Positions 20,541 through 29,875 of a stretch of 64,000 nucleotides of DNA are shown one piece after another. The translations under genes and the position numbers were made by a program. The notes under the pieces were generated by a model. The model was not told where the DNA came from, did not search any database, and saw only the letters and a program-made list of their open reading frames with translations. The stretch lies in the NCBI GenBank assembly GCA_963827655.1, contig CAWHCF010000008.1, positions 96,001 through 160,000 of the forward strand, read 5' to 3'. This DNA comes from an uncultured Acidobacteriota bacterium. GTDB taxonomy: Bacteria > Acidobacteriota > UBA6911. Numbering within the stretch: position 1 is the stretch's first letter; every line of letters begins with the position of its first letter.

Positions 20541-21676
20541 TAAGAATCGATTCGGTCCAGATGCGCGAATGCCAGCTTCCGCTGGTCCGGTTCTTCGAAA
20601 CCAGTTTTGGCCGGACCTATCGGAGAAGAATCATTCTCGTGCAAGTGCATTCGGAGGGGGAAGTCGGCTATGGCGAGTGCACGGCGAGTGAAGAGCCCCT
20701 CTACAACAGCGAGACGACCGATACGGCGTGGCACATCCTGGAAGACTTCGTGATTCCGCGCATCCTGGGGACGACTCTCGAAAGCGCGCGCGAAACGGCT
20801 CCGCTGCTGGCGCCCATCCGCGGCAACCGGATGGCAAAGGCGGCCCTGGAAACGGCCCTGTGGGATTTGGAAGCGCGCCGGTTGGGAATTCCGTTGAGCC
20901 GCCACGTGGGAGGCGCGCGCGACGAAATTGCCTGCGGCGTATCGATAGGAATACAGGACAGCGTCGAGGAGCTTTTGACGCTGGTTCGCCGCGAAGTGTC
21001 TGCCGGCTACCGGAGAATCAAAATCAAAATCAAACCGGGGTGGGACCTCGAGCCGCTTGGCGCCCTTCGCAGAGAATTCCCGGATATTTCCCTGATGGTC
21101 GACGCTAACTCGGCGTTCCGGTTGAGCGACCTGGAGCTTCTTCAAAAACTGGACGACTTTCGATTGATGATGATCGAGCAGCCTCTGGCCCACGACGATA
21201 TGGTTGACCACGCGGTGCTGCAGAAGCAGATCGAGACTCCGATATGTCTGGATGAGTCGATCCACCACGCGGAAGATGCGCGCAAGGCCGTGGAAATGGG
21301 GAGCTGTCGCATCATCAACGTCAAGCTAGGACGGGTAGGCGGTTTCAGCGAAGCGATAAAAATCAATGAGTACTGTTCGCGCAATGGCATACCGATCTGG
21401 TGCGGCGGTATGCTGGAAAGCGGTATTGGAAGGGCTCACAACATAGCCATGTCGACGCTCTCCGGTTTCACTCTGCCGGGCGATGTCTCAGCCAGCCACC
21501 GCTACTATTCGGAGGACACTGTGGTTCCCCCGGTGACCGTTACTCCGCGCGGTACCATCGAGGTGCCGAAGACACCTGGAATCGGCTATAACCTCAACTG
21601 GGAGCGCATCGCAAGAGCAACGGTTCGAACCCACGTCGCCAACCGGTATGGGGCCGAGAAAATCGCCGATGCTTGA
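20537..21676 (+). CDS. OSBS / N-acyl(succinyl)-amino-acid racemase family (enolase superfamily)
   Basis: FETSFG, KIKIKPG, VDAN, IEQP, LDES, NVKLGRVGG, WCGGMLESGIGRAHN and LPGDVSAS motifs. Confidence 0.9.
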   Translation: MIRIDSVQMRECQLPLVRFFETSFGRTYRRRIILVQVHSEGEVGYGECTASEEPLYNSETTDTAWHILEDFVIPRILGTTLESARETAPLLAPIRGNRMAKAALETALWDLEARRLGIPLSRHVGGARDEIACGVSIGIQDSVEELLTLVRREVSAGYRRIKIKIKPGWDLEPLGALRREFPDISLMVDANSAFRLSDLELLQKLDDFRLMMIEQPLAHDDMVDHAVLQKQIETPICLDESIHHAEDARKAVEMGSCRIINVKLGRVGGFSEAIKINEYCSRNGIPIWCGGMLESGIGRAHNIAMSTLSGFTLPGDVSASHRYYSEDTVVPPVTVTPRGTIEVPKTPGIGYNLNWERIARATVRTHVANRYGAEKIADA

Positions 21677-22373
21677 GCGCGTCATAGGTATTCTTGGAGG
21701 GATGGGACCTCAGGCAACAGTCGATTTTTACCGCGAGATCTTGACCTTCACGCCGGGAGTGAAAGATCAGGACCACATGCAGGTTCTCATCTATTCAAAT
21801 CCGAAAATTCCCGACCGAACGGCGGCTATTCTGGATGGGGGCGCGGACCCGCTCCCCGACCTGGTCAAATCAGGCCGCTTACTGGAGCGCGCCGGCGCGG
21901 GCATCCTGGCAATTCCCTGTAACACAGCCCATTACTTTCTTCCGCGCCTTCAACCGGAGATCGGTATCCCGATTCTGGATATGATCCTGGAGACGGTTCT
22001 CGACTTGAAGTCCCAGGCGCCCCAGGTTGGCACCGTAGGGCTGCTGGCTGCGACCGGAACCGTCCGAAGCGGAATCTATCACCGCAGGTTTGACGAGCGC
22101 GGGATCAAAGTAATTGTTCCAGACGATGTGGACCAGCCTGAAGTGCAAGAGGGAATTCGACGGATCAAAGCTGCGGCTCACAACCGGGAAACAGGCGAGA
22201 CATTCCATGCCATCGCCGATAGGCTCATGGCCGCAGGCGCCGAGGCGATCATACTGGGCTGCACCGAAATTCCCTTAGCCTTTAACGTGAAAAGTGTTCC
22301 CTACCTTTGCTTGAACGCCACGCGGTCTCTCGCTCAAGCGGCAGTCGATTGGGCGCGGGGGAAGAGAGATTGA
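21669..22373 (+). CDS. Aspartate/glutamate racemase family protein
   Basis: GILGGMGP, PCNTAH and ILGCTEIP two-cysteine motifs. Confidence 0.92.
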   Translation: MLERVIGILGGMGPQATVDFYREILTFTPGVKDQDHMQVLIYSNPKIPDRTAAILDGGADPLPDLVKSGRLLERAGAGILAIPCNTAHYFLPRLQPEIGIPILDMILETVLDLKSQAPQVGTVGLLAATGTVRSGIYHRRFDERGIKVIVPDDVDQPEVQEGIRRIKAAAHNRETGETFHAIADRLMAAGAEAIILGCTEIPLAFNVKSVPYLCLNATRSLAQAAVDWARGKRD

Positions 22374-22984
22374 GCGCTTCTCAGGTCCGTTGCATTCTCC
22401 TCGATATGGGCAAGGTCCTGTTTGACTTCGATTTCAAGGCTTTCGGCCAGCGTATGCGCGAGCTTACGGGTGTCGAGTTCGAGCCGTTGCGCGCCGCTTT
22501 CACCGGCGAGCAGCTGGCCGTCCGATACGAATCCGGGCTCTTGACCGATGCGGAGTTTTACATCGAGGTCTGCCGCAGGATCGGTTGCCGCGTCTCCTGG
22601 GAGAATTTTGTCGCCGCGTGGAATTCCATATTTCACCAGGACCCCATACTGCCGGAGCACTTGATCCGGACCCTTGCCGTCAAGGCCGATCTATGGGTGG
22701 TTTCGAACACAAACAAGCTTCACTTCGACCATCTTGCGGGTCGCTATCCATTCCTGGGCTGTTTTAAAGGTTACGTCCTCTCCCACGAGGTGGGGGTGTT
22801 GAAACCTGATGCCCGGATTTTTCAGGCGGCCCTGAAACGCGCGGGGGTCGAGGCCGACCGGGCGCTGTTCGTAGACGATCAGGCCACTAATGTTGCGGCC
22901 GCCCGCGAACTGGGCATCGACTCATTCCAATTCCTGGGTCCGGAACAGTTCGTGACTGAGCTGCAGCGAAGAAGCCTCCTCTAA
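22370..22984 (+). CDS. HAD-family phosphatase (YihX-like)
   Basis: LLDMGKVLFD, VSNTN, SHEVGVLKPDARIF and FVDDQATNV motifs. Confidence 0.85.
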   Translation: MSASQVRCILLDMGKVLFDFDFKAFGQRMRELTGVEFEPLRAAFTGEQLAVRYESGLLTDAEFYIEVCRRIGCRVSWENFVAAWNSIFHQDPILPEHLIRTLAVKADLWVVSNTNKLHFDHLAGRYPFLGCFKGYVLSHEVGVLKPDARIFQAALKRAGVEADRALFVDDQATNVAAARELGIDSFQFLGPEQFVTELQRRSLL

Positions 22985-23072
22985 CCGGGCGCCCCCTTAT
23001 CGGCGGAGGGTTCACAGATCGATAAAAGGAGGCAGGAAAACAACGGAGAGATTGACTCGGAGTTGTAACAAA

Positions 23073-25751
23073 ATGATTGGAGCCCAGTCGAATCGTCGTG
23101 AGTTCTTGATCCATTCCGCGGATGCGCCTCTTGCGTGGGGGGCTCCGTGGGCAGGTTTCTTTGAGCAAGCCCAGGAAAAACAAGAAGCATCCTCTGCCTA
23201 TTGCGGAACCGCATTTCCCGGACCGGCTGCACCTGTTTGTCTGGCGAAACTGGGAACTGGCGAATGCGGACCGGAATTGGCTCAGGTGCTGGCCACTACG
23301 GAAGAGAAGGATACTTGAGAATGGTTCCTCGATGGGATTCCTGCCAAACCGCGTTTGTCGGCAGACCAGCTGCGGAGAATCTATGTAACGGTCATCCGAC
23401 AGAATTGGCACATTCTTTCAGAAGAACAATTGATCGAGCTGTTGGGATGGAACCGGGCGCACTACGAGTTCACTCTGAGAGAGGACGATTTCCTTTCCCA
23501 CAAGCTGGGCGCTGAAGCCACGATGTGAACAACTCCGTTACGAGGCTCCATCGGCCCAAGCAAGGGCGCGGGCTCGAGGAGATCAAGCGTCTTTTGAGCG
23601 ACACCTTTGGTCCATCATTCGGCGAAGCAGGCGAAGAGCCGTTTCATTTCATCCAGGAACTGAGCGGTACTCATGTCTCAAAGCTGCGCGATCCCAACCG
23701 GGAGGTGGCTGAGGATGAGGTCGATCTGAACGGTTGGACCCTGCTGGAATCCGGCCAGCACGGGGCGCGGGAACCCTTGGAGCAGTTCCAGGCATACCTG
23801 CAGTCGGCATTCGACTGCTCGACCAGTCTTTCAGCCGGAACTCAGGTCCCCGACCTCTCGAGCGCTGTTGTTTTCTATTGAGGCGGTCGGCCGGGGAAGT
23901 TCCTGACAGTTTCGCCGATCACCTGTGAACGCGATCGGATCACGGTAGTTGCGCCCAGCCAGCTTGGATTGCGCCAGGCGATTTACTGCATGCAGGACAT
24001 GATGGCGGAGCGCGGCGGTCCGTTCTTGCCCACGGGAACGACGCGGCGAGTCAGGCGCCTGACGCCTTGCTATCTGTATTCGTATTTTGCGCTGTATGGC
24101 GATCCCTTGATGGAGGAGGATATCGATCCCTTCCGGAGGCTATCTGCAGAAGCTTGGCCGACTGGGTGTCAACGGCGTCTGGCTGCAGGCGGTGCTGCGC
24201 AATCTAGCTCCCTCGAAGATCTTTCCGGAATTCGGACAGGGCTGGGAAAAACGGCTTCAGAACCTCAACCGGCTGGTTGACCGCGCGGGACGGCAAGGGT
24301 CTGAAGGTCTACCTGTACATTAATGAGCCGCGGGCGATGCCGGAGGCGTTTTTCTCCAAGCATCCGGAAATGAAAGGCGCGCCTGATCGCCACGACCCAA
24401 GATTTTTTGCTCTCTGTACCTCGGTCCCGGAGGTGCGGGAATGGCTGGCCAGCAGCCTGGCCCATGTTTTTTCCCAGGCGCCTGAACTGGGGGGAATCTT
24501 CAGCATCACGATGTCAGAAAATCTGACCAATTGTTACTCTCATGGGAATGCCCGCTCTTGTCCACGCTGCTCCAGCGCGCCAAGGCTGGGAGGTCGTGAG
24601 CGAAGTCATCAGAACCTTTCGAGACGGAGTTCGGCGAAGCAGCAAGGATGCGAGGGTGATTGCGTGGGATTGGGGCTGGGGAGAAGACTGGGTCCGAAAC
24701 GGCGCGGATCCGGAAAAGGTAATCCGCAATTTTCCCGGAGGATGTCCAGCTGCTCAGCGTCAGTGAATGGAACCAGCCCGTAAACCGCGGCGGGTTTCAG
24801 CACCAAGGTGGGCGAGTATTCGATTTCGGTCACCGGGCCCGGCCCGCGCGCGACCCGACATTGGACTGCGGCCCGTCAGACGGGCAAAGGCATCCTGGCA
24901 AAGGTCCAATTCAACACCACGTGGGAGATATCCGCCGTTCCCTACATTCCGGTAGCCGAATCTGATCCAGGACCATGTTGAGAATCTGTTAAGAACCGGT
25001 ATTCAGGGATTTCAGTTGTCCTGGACTGTCGGGGGCTATCCCGTCGCCGAACCTGGAAGTCGCGAAGGAGTACTACTATTGGCCGGTTCCGGAACGGGAG
25101 AAGGTGCTGCACAACGTGGCAGCTCGACGATACGGGAAGGAGGCGGCTCCCCTGGTAGTCAATGCCTGGGAGGCTTTCAGCAAAGCCTTTCAGGAATTTC
25201 CGTACGGGGTGGCCATATACACCATTCCGACCCAGCACGGACCCTCCAATCCCTTGCGTTTGAACGAGACTGGATACCGAGCCCGAATGATTCTTCTGCC
25301 CTACGATAATTACAAGAGTTGGGTAGGGCCTTACCCGCCTGAAATCGTACAGAGTCAGTTCCGCAAGATGTCTGAGCTCTGGGACGAGGGTCTGAAGGGT
25401 TTTCGCGCGGCTCTGACCCGGGTTCCGCCCCACCGGATGGAGGAAGCCCAAAGAGATCTCAGGATAGCCGAAACCTGCTTCCTGCATTTTCGAAGCGTAG
25501 CCAACCGGCTTTAGTTTTACTTGCTTCGAGAGCAACTGAAGTTGAGACCCGAGGATAAGCAAGCCGGCGCCGAAATGGCGGAGATTGCCCGAGATGAGAT
25601 GGAGCTGGCCAGACGCCTCTACAGCATCGCGAGGCGTGATTCGAGGATCGGCTACGAAGCGACCAATCATTACTACTACCGGCCGCTGGATGTGGCCGAA
25701 AAGGTGCTCAACTGTGAAGACGTGATCCGTCGCTTGACGCAGTTCAAGTGA
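23073..25751 (+). pseudogene. Large Tat-exported hypothetical protein (possibly glycoside-hydrolase-like), heavily disrupted
   Basis: SNRREFL leader. Protein-like blocks (FPDRLHLFVWRNW, YLYSYFALYGDPL, KVYLYINEPRAMP, ITMSENLTNC, IAWDWGW, IGYEATNHYYY) are scattered over many frames. In-frame TAG at 25512-25514. Confidence 0.7.
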
Positions 25752-25789
25752 CTTAAGGGATCGAGTCGCCCGGGTAAGAGCGTTTACGA

Positions 25790-26210
25790 GAAAACGTCCA
25801 GGGGGGCAAGCATCCGGATGTGAATTGGGGTTTTCTGGAATTCGAAGGGGGAGCGGTAGCGTGTATCGAGACGCACTGGCTTATCCCGGAGCGCGCCGGC
25901 GTCGTCACGAATGACGCCATGCAGATTATTGGCACGGCGGGTATAGCCGATATCCATTTCGTGCCCTCAGGTCTCTCTGTGTGGAGAAACGATGGAGCAG
26001 AGGCGGCAAATGTTTCTTATGACGCCTGGTTTGAGGGTCAGCTCAGAGGCGCAATCAAAGAGGAAATCGGTTATTTCGTCGATTGCGTGCGCAAGGGCAA
26101 GCCACCGGCGGTGATCACGCCGCGAAGAGGCTCTCCAGGCATTGAAGGTTGCCTTGGCACTGGTGAGTTCCTCAGAAGAAAGCACCGTGAAATCAAGTCT
26201 GAACGAGCGC
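25790..26210 (+). pseudogene. C-terminal fragment of a Gfo/Idh/MocA oxidoreductase
   Basis: FLEFEGGAVACIETHW...IIGTAG...EIGYFVDCVRKGKPPAVITP then EALQALKVALA in another frame. The NAD-binding N-domain is absent. Confidence 0.65.
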
Positions 26211-26266
26211 TCAGACCGGCCCGACTTTGCCGTCTGCGCAGCTGCTGCGTTCCAGGCGAGGGTTTT

Positions 26267-26577
26267 CTAGGAGCGAAGCTTGCTTCGCCATCCCCGCCTG
26301 GGAGGCCGCCCGCTATCGCCAGAATGATCGACAAGGTGTCCTTCTCGGCGACGGGTGTCTCAAGATCCTTGAGAAAGCGAACATCCTCATCGTTCAGATA
26401 CAGGTTGATAAAACGGGAGGCCTTGGAGTCTGAAGAGAAGAAGCGGGCCGCTGCATCGGGAAACCGGACTTTGAATTTTTCCAGCACTTCGCCGACGGTT
26501 TTTCCGTCGAGCACCACTTCCGACTCCTGTTCGGTGTACTGGCGAAGAGGGGTAGGAATTCGCACCATCACACTCAT
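26267..26577 (-). CDS. MoaD/ThiS/CysO-like ubiquitin-fold sulfur carrier with C-terminal extension (3' end uncertain)
   Basis: VRIPTPLRQYT, RFINLYLNDEDVRFL..LETP and SIILAIAGG (Gly-Gly ends at 26305). Start overlaps the stop of the upstream gene. Confidence 0.88.
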
Positions 26578-27848
26578 TATGTAGCTCCCTGGAGCTGAAC
26601 GCGCGATTCCGAGGTCGAAGAACTCGCGCTTTGGTACCAGTTCTGAAAATCCTTGAGAGAAGAGGATATGTGGACGGAACCGTTCAGTCGAGCGGTTATG
26701 CTCTCGATTGCCTTGTAGCCGTTGCCGGTAATGGCGACCACCACGGATTGATCACGAGGGATGCGGCCCTGTTCGACCAGCTTCTTGCAGACTGCAAGCG
26801 TGGTTCCCCCTGCGGGTTCCGCGAAAATTCCTTCGGTTTCGGCGAGCAATTGAATTGCCTGCAGTATTTCATCGTCCGTTGCGGTCTCTCCCCAACCTTG
26901 CGTCTTTCGAACGGCCTCGAGCACGTACGGCCCATCGGCGGGGTTTCCGATCGCGATAGAGTGAGCGATCGTATTCGGCTTGACGGGGCGGATTTCGGCG
27001 CTGCCGGAGCGCAGCGCCTGAATTACCGGCGCGCAGCCCGCAGCCTGTGCTGCGTAGATCTTGCTGTCTCCCGTCACCCAACCCAGGTGCTTTAGCTCCT
27101 CATATGCCTTGAGCACCTTGGGGAGCAACGTACCTCCGGCGGTCGGCAGAATCGTGTGCTGCGGAAGGCGCCAACCCAATTGTTCGGCGATCTCGAAGCC
27201 GAGCGTCTTGGCCCCTTCAGTGTAATAGGGACGCAAGTTCACGTTCACAAATCCCCAGGGATACTGGCTGCCAATTTCGCTGCAGAGCCGGTTTACGTCG
27301 TCGTAATTGCCTCGAATCCGAACAATCTGGGGACGGTAGACGCCCGCTCCGACAATTTTCGCCGGTTCCACGTTGTCCGGCACGAACACGAAACAGCGCA
27401 AACCAAGGCGTGCGGAATGTGCAGCGACCGAATTGGCGAGGTTTCCGGTCGAGGCGCAGGCGATCGTGTCGTATCCGAGCTCGAGCGCCCTGGTAATCCC
27501 GACCGAAACCACGCGTTCCTTGTAAGAAAGCGTAGGATGATTGACCGAATCATCCTTGAGGTAGAGTTCCTCAAGGCCGAGGGCACTGGCCAGCCGCGTG
27601 GCGCGAACCAGCGGTGTGAATCCGGATTGGAATCCAGTCTTGGGTTGCCCCTCGATCGGTAGCAGATCGCGGTAGCGCCAGAGATTCGCTGGACCTCGAG
27701 ATACTGCGTCGCGCGAGACGGATCGAGCGATCGCCTGGTAGTCGTAGGCCACTTCAAGCGGACCGAAACAGGAGGTGCACACGAACTGGTCCTTGGCGCT
27801 ATAGCGCTCGCCGCATTCTTTGCAGATTAACCCAGTCATGAAGCTCAC
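26577..27848 (-). CDS. Threonine-synthase-family PLP enzyme (possibly homocysteine-forming)
   Basis: N-terminal CxxC..CxxC, NHPTLSYKER PLP-lysine motif, ASTGNLANS, SIAIGNPADG, EGIFAEPAGG and ITGNGYK. Confidence 0.92.
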   Translation of the reverse strand: MSFMTGLICKECGERYSAKDQFVCTSCFGPLEVAYDYQAIARSVSRDAVSRGPANLWRYRDLLPIEGQPKTGFQSGFTPLVRATRLASALGLEELYLKDDSVNHPTLSYKERVVSVGITRALELGYDTIACASTGNLANSVAAHSARLGLRCFVFVPDNVEPAKIVGAGVYRPQIVRIRGNYDDVNRLCSEIGSQYPWGFVNVNLRPYYTEGAKTLGFEIAEQLGWRLPQHTILPTAGGTLLPKVLKAYEELKHLGWVTGDSKIYAAQAAGCAPVIQALRSGSAEIRPVKPNTIAHSIAIGNPADGPYVLEAVRKTQGWGETATDDEILQAIQLLAETEGIFAEPAGGTTLAVCKKLVEQGRIPRDQSVVVAITGNGYKAIESITARLNGSVHISSSLKDFQNWYQSASSSTSESRVQLQGAT

Positions 27849-27872
27849 GAAGCATTTCCCCTTTCTAATGGC

Positions 27873-27903
27873 AAAAAAAAACCCTTTCCGGGGAGAAAGG
27901 GTT
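27873..27903 (-). terminator. Intrinsic terminator, expression platform of the SAM riboswitch
   Basis: Minus strand AACCCTTTC-TCCCCG-GAAAGGGTT followed by a T run, between the aptamer and the ribosome-binding site. Confidence 0.85.
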
Positions 27904-27924
27904 GGCAAAATTCAGCGTTTTCAC

Positions 27925-28032
27925 CAACTCATCTTCCAGAAATTCTTTCTGCAGGAATTAGCACCATGCTGTCGAAACAGCTGGTTGCCGTGGCTTCACC
28001 GGGCCAGTCCCTCCGCCACTCTGGATAAGTTG
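27925..28032 (-). ncRNA. SAM-I (S-box) riboswitch
   Basis: Minus strand CTTATCCAGAG-TGGCGGAGGGACTGGCCCGGTGAAGCCA-CGGCAACC..GGTGCTAATTCC..GAAGATGAG carries the SAM-I consensus blocks and P1 pairing. Confidence 0.96.
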
Positions 28033-28087
28033 CGACAACGATTAAAGGAGATCCAGGTTTAAATGTCAACAGGAAACTTCGAGAGGC

Positions 28088-28152
28088 TCAGCGGTCAGCT
28101 TTAGCAATCAAGTGGTCTTCGTCCTGAAGTTGACCGCTGACCGCTGATAGCT
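28088..28152. repeat. Inverted heptamer-repeat palindrome (GCTGACC/GCTGATA type)
   Basis: TCAGCGGTCAGC ... TTGACCGCTGACCGCTGATAGC. Confidence 0.7.
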
Positions 28153-28178
28153 CTGAAGAGACGCGAAGACCAGAGTCT

Positions 28179-28646
28179 TTAGCGAGGGGTATTGGAAGGT
28201 TTGGGCGCCACGCTTCCAGCCTGGCGCTCTCGTCGGGTCTTCTCCGCGACTTCGTCCAGTTTCTGTTGCTGCTCCGGGGACAGGACATTCTTTGTCCGGA
28301 TGCGCATGCTGAAGGTGGTGCGCTCCAGCGCCGTGCGCGCCACCTGAACTTGTTCAAACGCCTTCATGGCTGCGGCTTCGTCCACCTGCTCCTTTGATAA
28401 GATATCGGAAAGATCGAGCTGGCGTTTGTCCAGTTCTGCCTTTTCATCGATGAGCCGCCTGCGGTGCTCCACCCAGATCGCTTCAATTTTCCCCTGCTGA
28501 TCCTGGGTGAGTCTCAACTCTTCCGCAAGGCGCCGGTCCTTCCACCAGGCACCCGGTGGAAACCCAGGCACGCGCATCTGGGCATAGCCCGCGATCTCGA
28601 TGCCGATAATCATGACAACAATAAATCGAAGTTCGCGCCTGGTCAT
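28179..28646 (-). CDS. Spy/CpxP-like periplasmic protein
   Basis: Signal peptide, ELRLTQDQQGKI and VLSPEQQQKL (LTxxQ motifs). Confidence 0.8.
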   Translation of the reverse strand: MTRRELRFIVVMIIGIEIAGYAQMRVPGFPPGAWWKDRRLAEELRLTQDQQGKIEAIWVEHRRRLIDEKAELDKRQLDLSDILSKEQVDEAAAMKAFEQVQVARTALERTTFSMRIRTKNVLSPEQQQKLDEVAEKTRRERQAGSVAPKPSNTPR

Positions 28647-28655
28647 CGAGTCGCC

Positions 28656-29162
28656 TTATTGGGGCTGAGGAGATTCCTGAAATGACGGATCTAATAGAGA
28701 GTTGGGCCAGGAATCGTAGACCGGAAGATAGTTCGATTCCCAGTGACTCATGCTTGTGTCAAGATCCCGAAGGAATTGATCGTCCCATGAATCCGTCTTG
28801 CTCGCCAGAATTGAACTGGATTGATTTTGAGGCGGCGCATGAACCGTGAGCAGGAAAGCTACCATCATCGAGCAGGCTGCGAGTGCCATCCACTGCCAAC
28901 CCCGCTGCGGCCGCCAGGACAAGCCAGGATGCGCCGGAGTTTCACTCGATGCCTTGAGCCGGGCGTAGAAGGTATCGGCGAAACCTGGAGAGGGGTCGAC
29001 TGACGGATATGCATCCAGCGACTTCCAGGCCATTTTCATCTGGGTATGGAACGCGGAGCACGCCGAACACGCCTTCAGGTGATCGTCGACTGCGCCGAGC
29101 CGGAGATCAACTCCGTCCTCCACGTTCTCGGCGAGAATTCGACGCACGGTTCTACAGCGCAC
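28656..29162 (-). CDS. Zinc-finger (HxxxCxxC) transmembrane anti-sigma factor
   Basis: DHLKACSAC motif plus one TM helix. Directly downstream of an ECF sigma. Confidence 0.85.
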   Translation of the reverse strand: MRCRTVRRILAENVEDGVDLRLGAVDDHLKACSACSAFHTQMKMAWKSLDAYPSVDPSPGFADTFYARLKASSETPAHPGLSWRPQRGWQWMALAACSMMVAFLLTVHAPPQNQSSSILASKTDSWDDQFLRDLDTSMSHWESNYLPVYDSWPNSLLDPSFQESPQPQ

Positions 29163-29163
29163 G

Positions 29164-29754
29164 TTAAGCCTTACCTTCTTTCAAATACGGGCGGATGCGA
29201 TCACGCAAGCGCAGCTTACCCCGGTGAATGTAAGTCTTCACCGCCGGCTCGGTACAGTTCATCACGTCCGCGATTTCTTTATAACTCAAACCTTCATAGC
29301 GTCGCAGAATTATTGCGATTTTCTCATTCTTGGGCAACCCCCGGATGATCTGCCGAATCACCTTCCCCATCTCTGATTCGACCAGCTTCTGTTCGGCATC
29401 GGGTTCTCTGGCCCGCACTTCTTCCTTCCTGGTGATCTCATTCGGGCCGAACCCGAACGGCGACCTTCGGTTTCGTCCCGCGGCTTTCAATCCTACGTTC
29501 GTGGCAATCCGGTAAAGCCACGCGGAGAATCGTGCGCGGGGCTCGTAGCTATGCCGGGCCCGGTATATTCTCAGGAATACGTCTTGCGCAAGTTCTTCGG
29601 CCTCCGCCCGGTTATTGACAATCTTGTAAATGAAATTGACAATAGCCTTGTGATATTTGTCAAGAATCTGCTCAAACGCGGCTTCTTCTCCCTGTTGAAA
29701 GGCCACCATCAGAGCCGTATCGGGATCGCAAGGAGCCTTGGGAGCGCCGGTCAT
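29164..29754 (-). CDS. ECF sigma-70 factor
   Basis: AEELAQDVF, FSAWLYRIATN and EGLSYKEIADVM...VKTYIHRG motifs. Confidence 0.93.
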   Translation of the reverse strand: MTGAPKAPCDPDTALMVAFQQGEEAAFEQILDKYHKAIVNFIYKIVNNRAEAEELAQDVFLRIYRARHSYEPRARFSAWLYRIATNVGLKAAGRNRRSPFGFGPNEITRKEEVRAREPDAEQKLVESEMGKVIRQIIRGLPKNEKIAIILRRYEGLSYKEIADVMNCTEPAVKTYIHRGKLRLRDRIRPYLKEGKA

Positions 29755-29875
29755 TAGGTATCAATCTTGATCCAGCAAGGAAGTTTCAAAAAATGAACCC
29801 TTTTTTGCCGGGAAGAGTCCTTCTTGGGCGGGATCCGCTGGCATAAGTTCTTCTCGTTGACCGTCTTCGCACCGA

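Noticed and set aside
25512-25514. In-frame TAG as pyrrolysine or stop-codon recoding
   Set aside because: TAG ends many intact genes in this window, and the host gene is broken by many other lesions.
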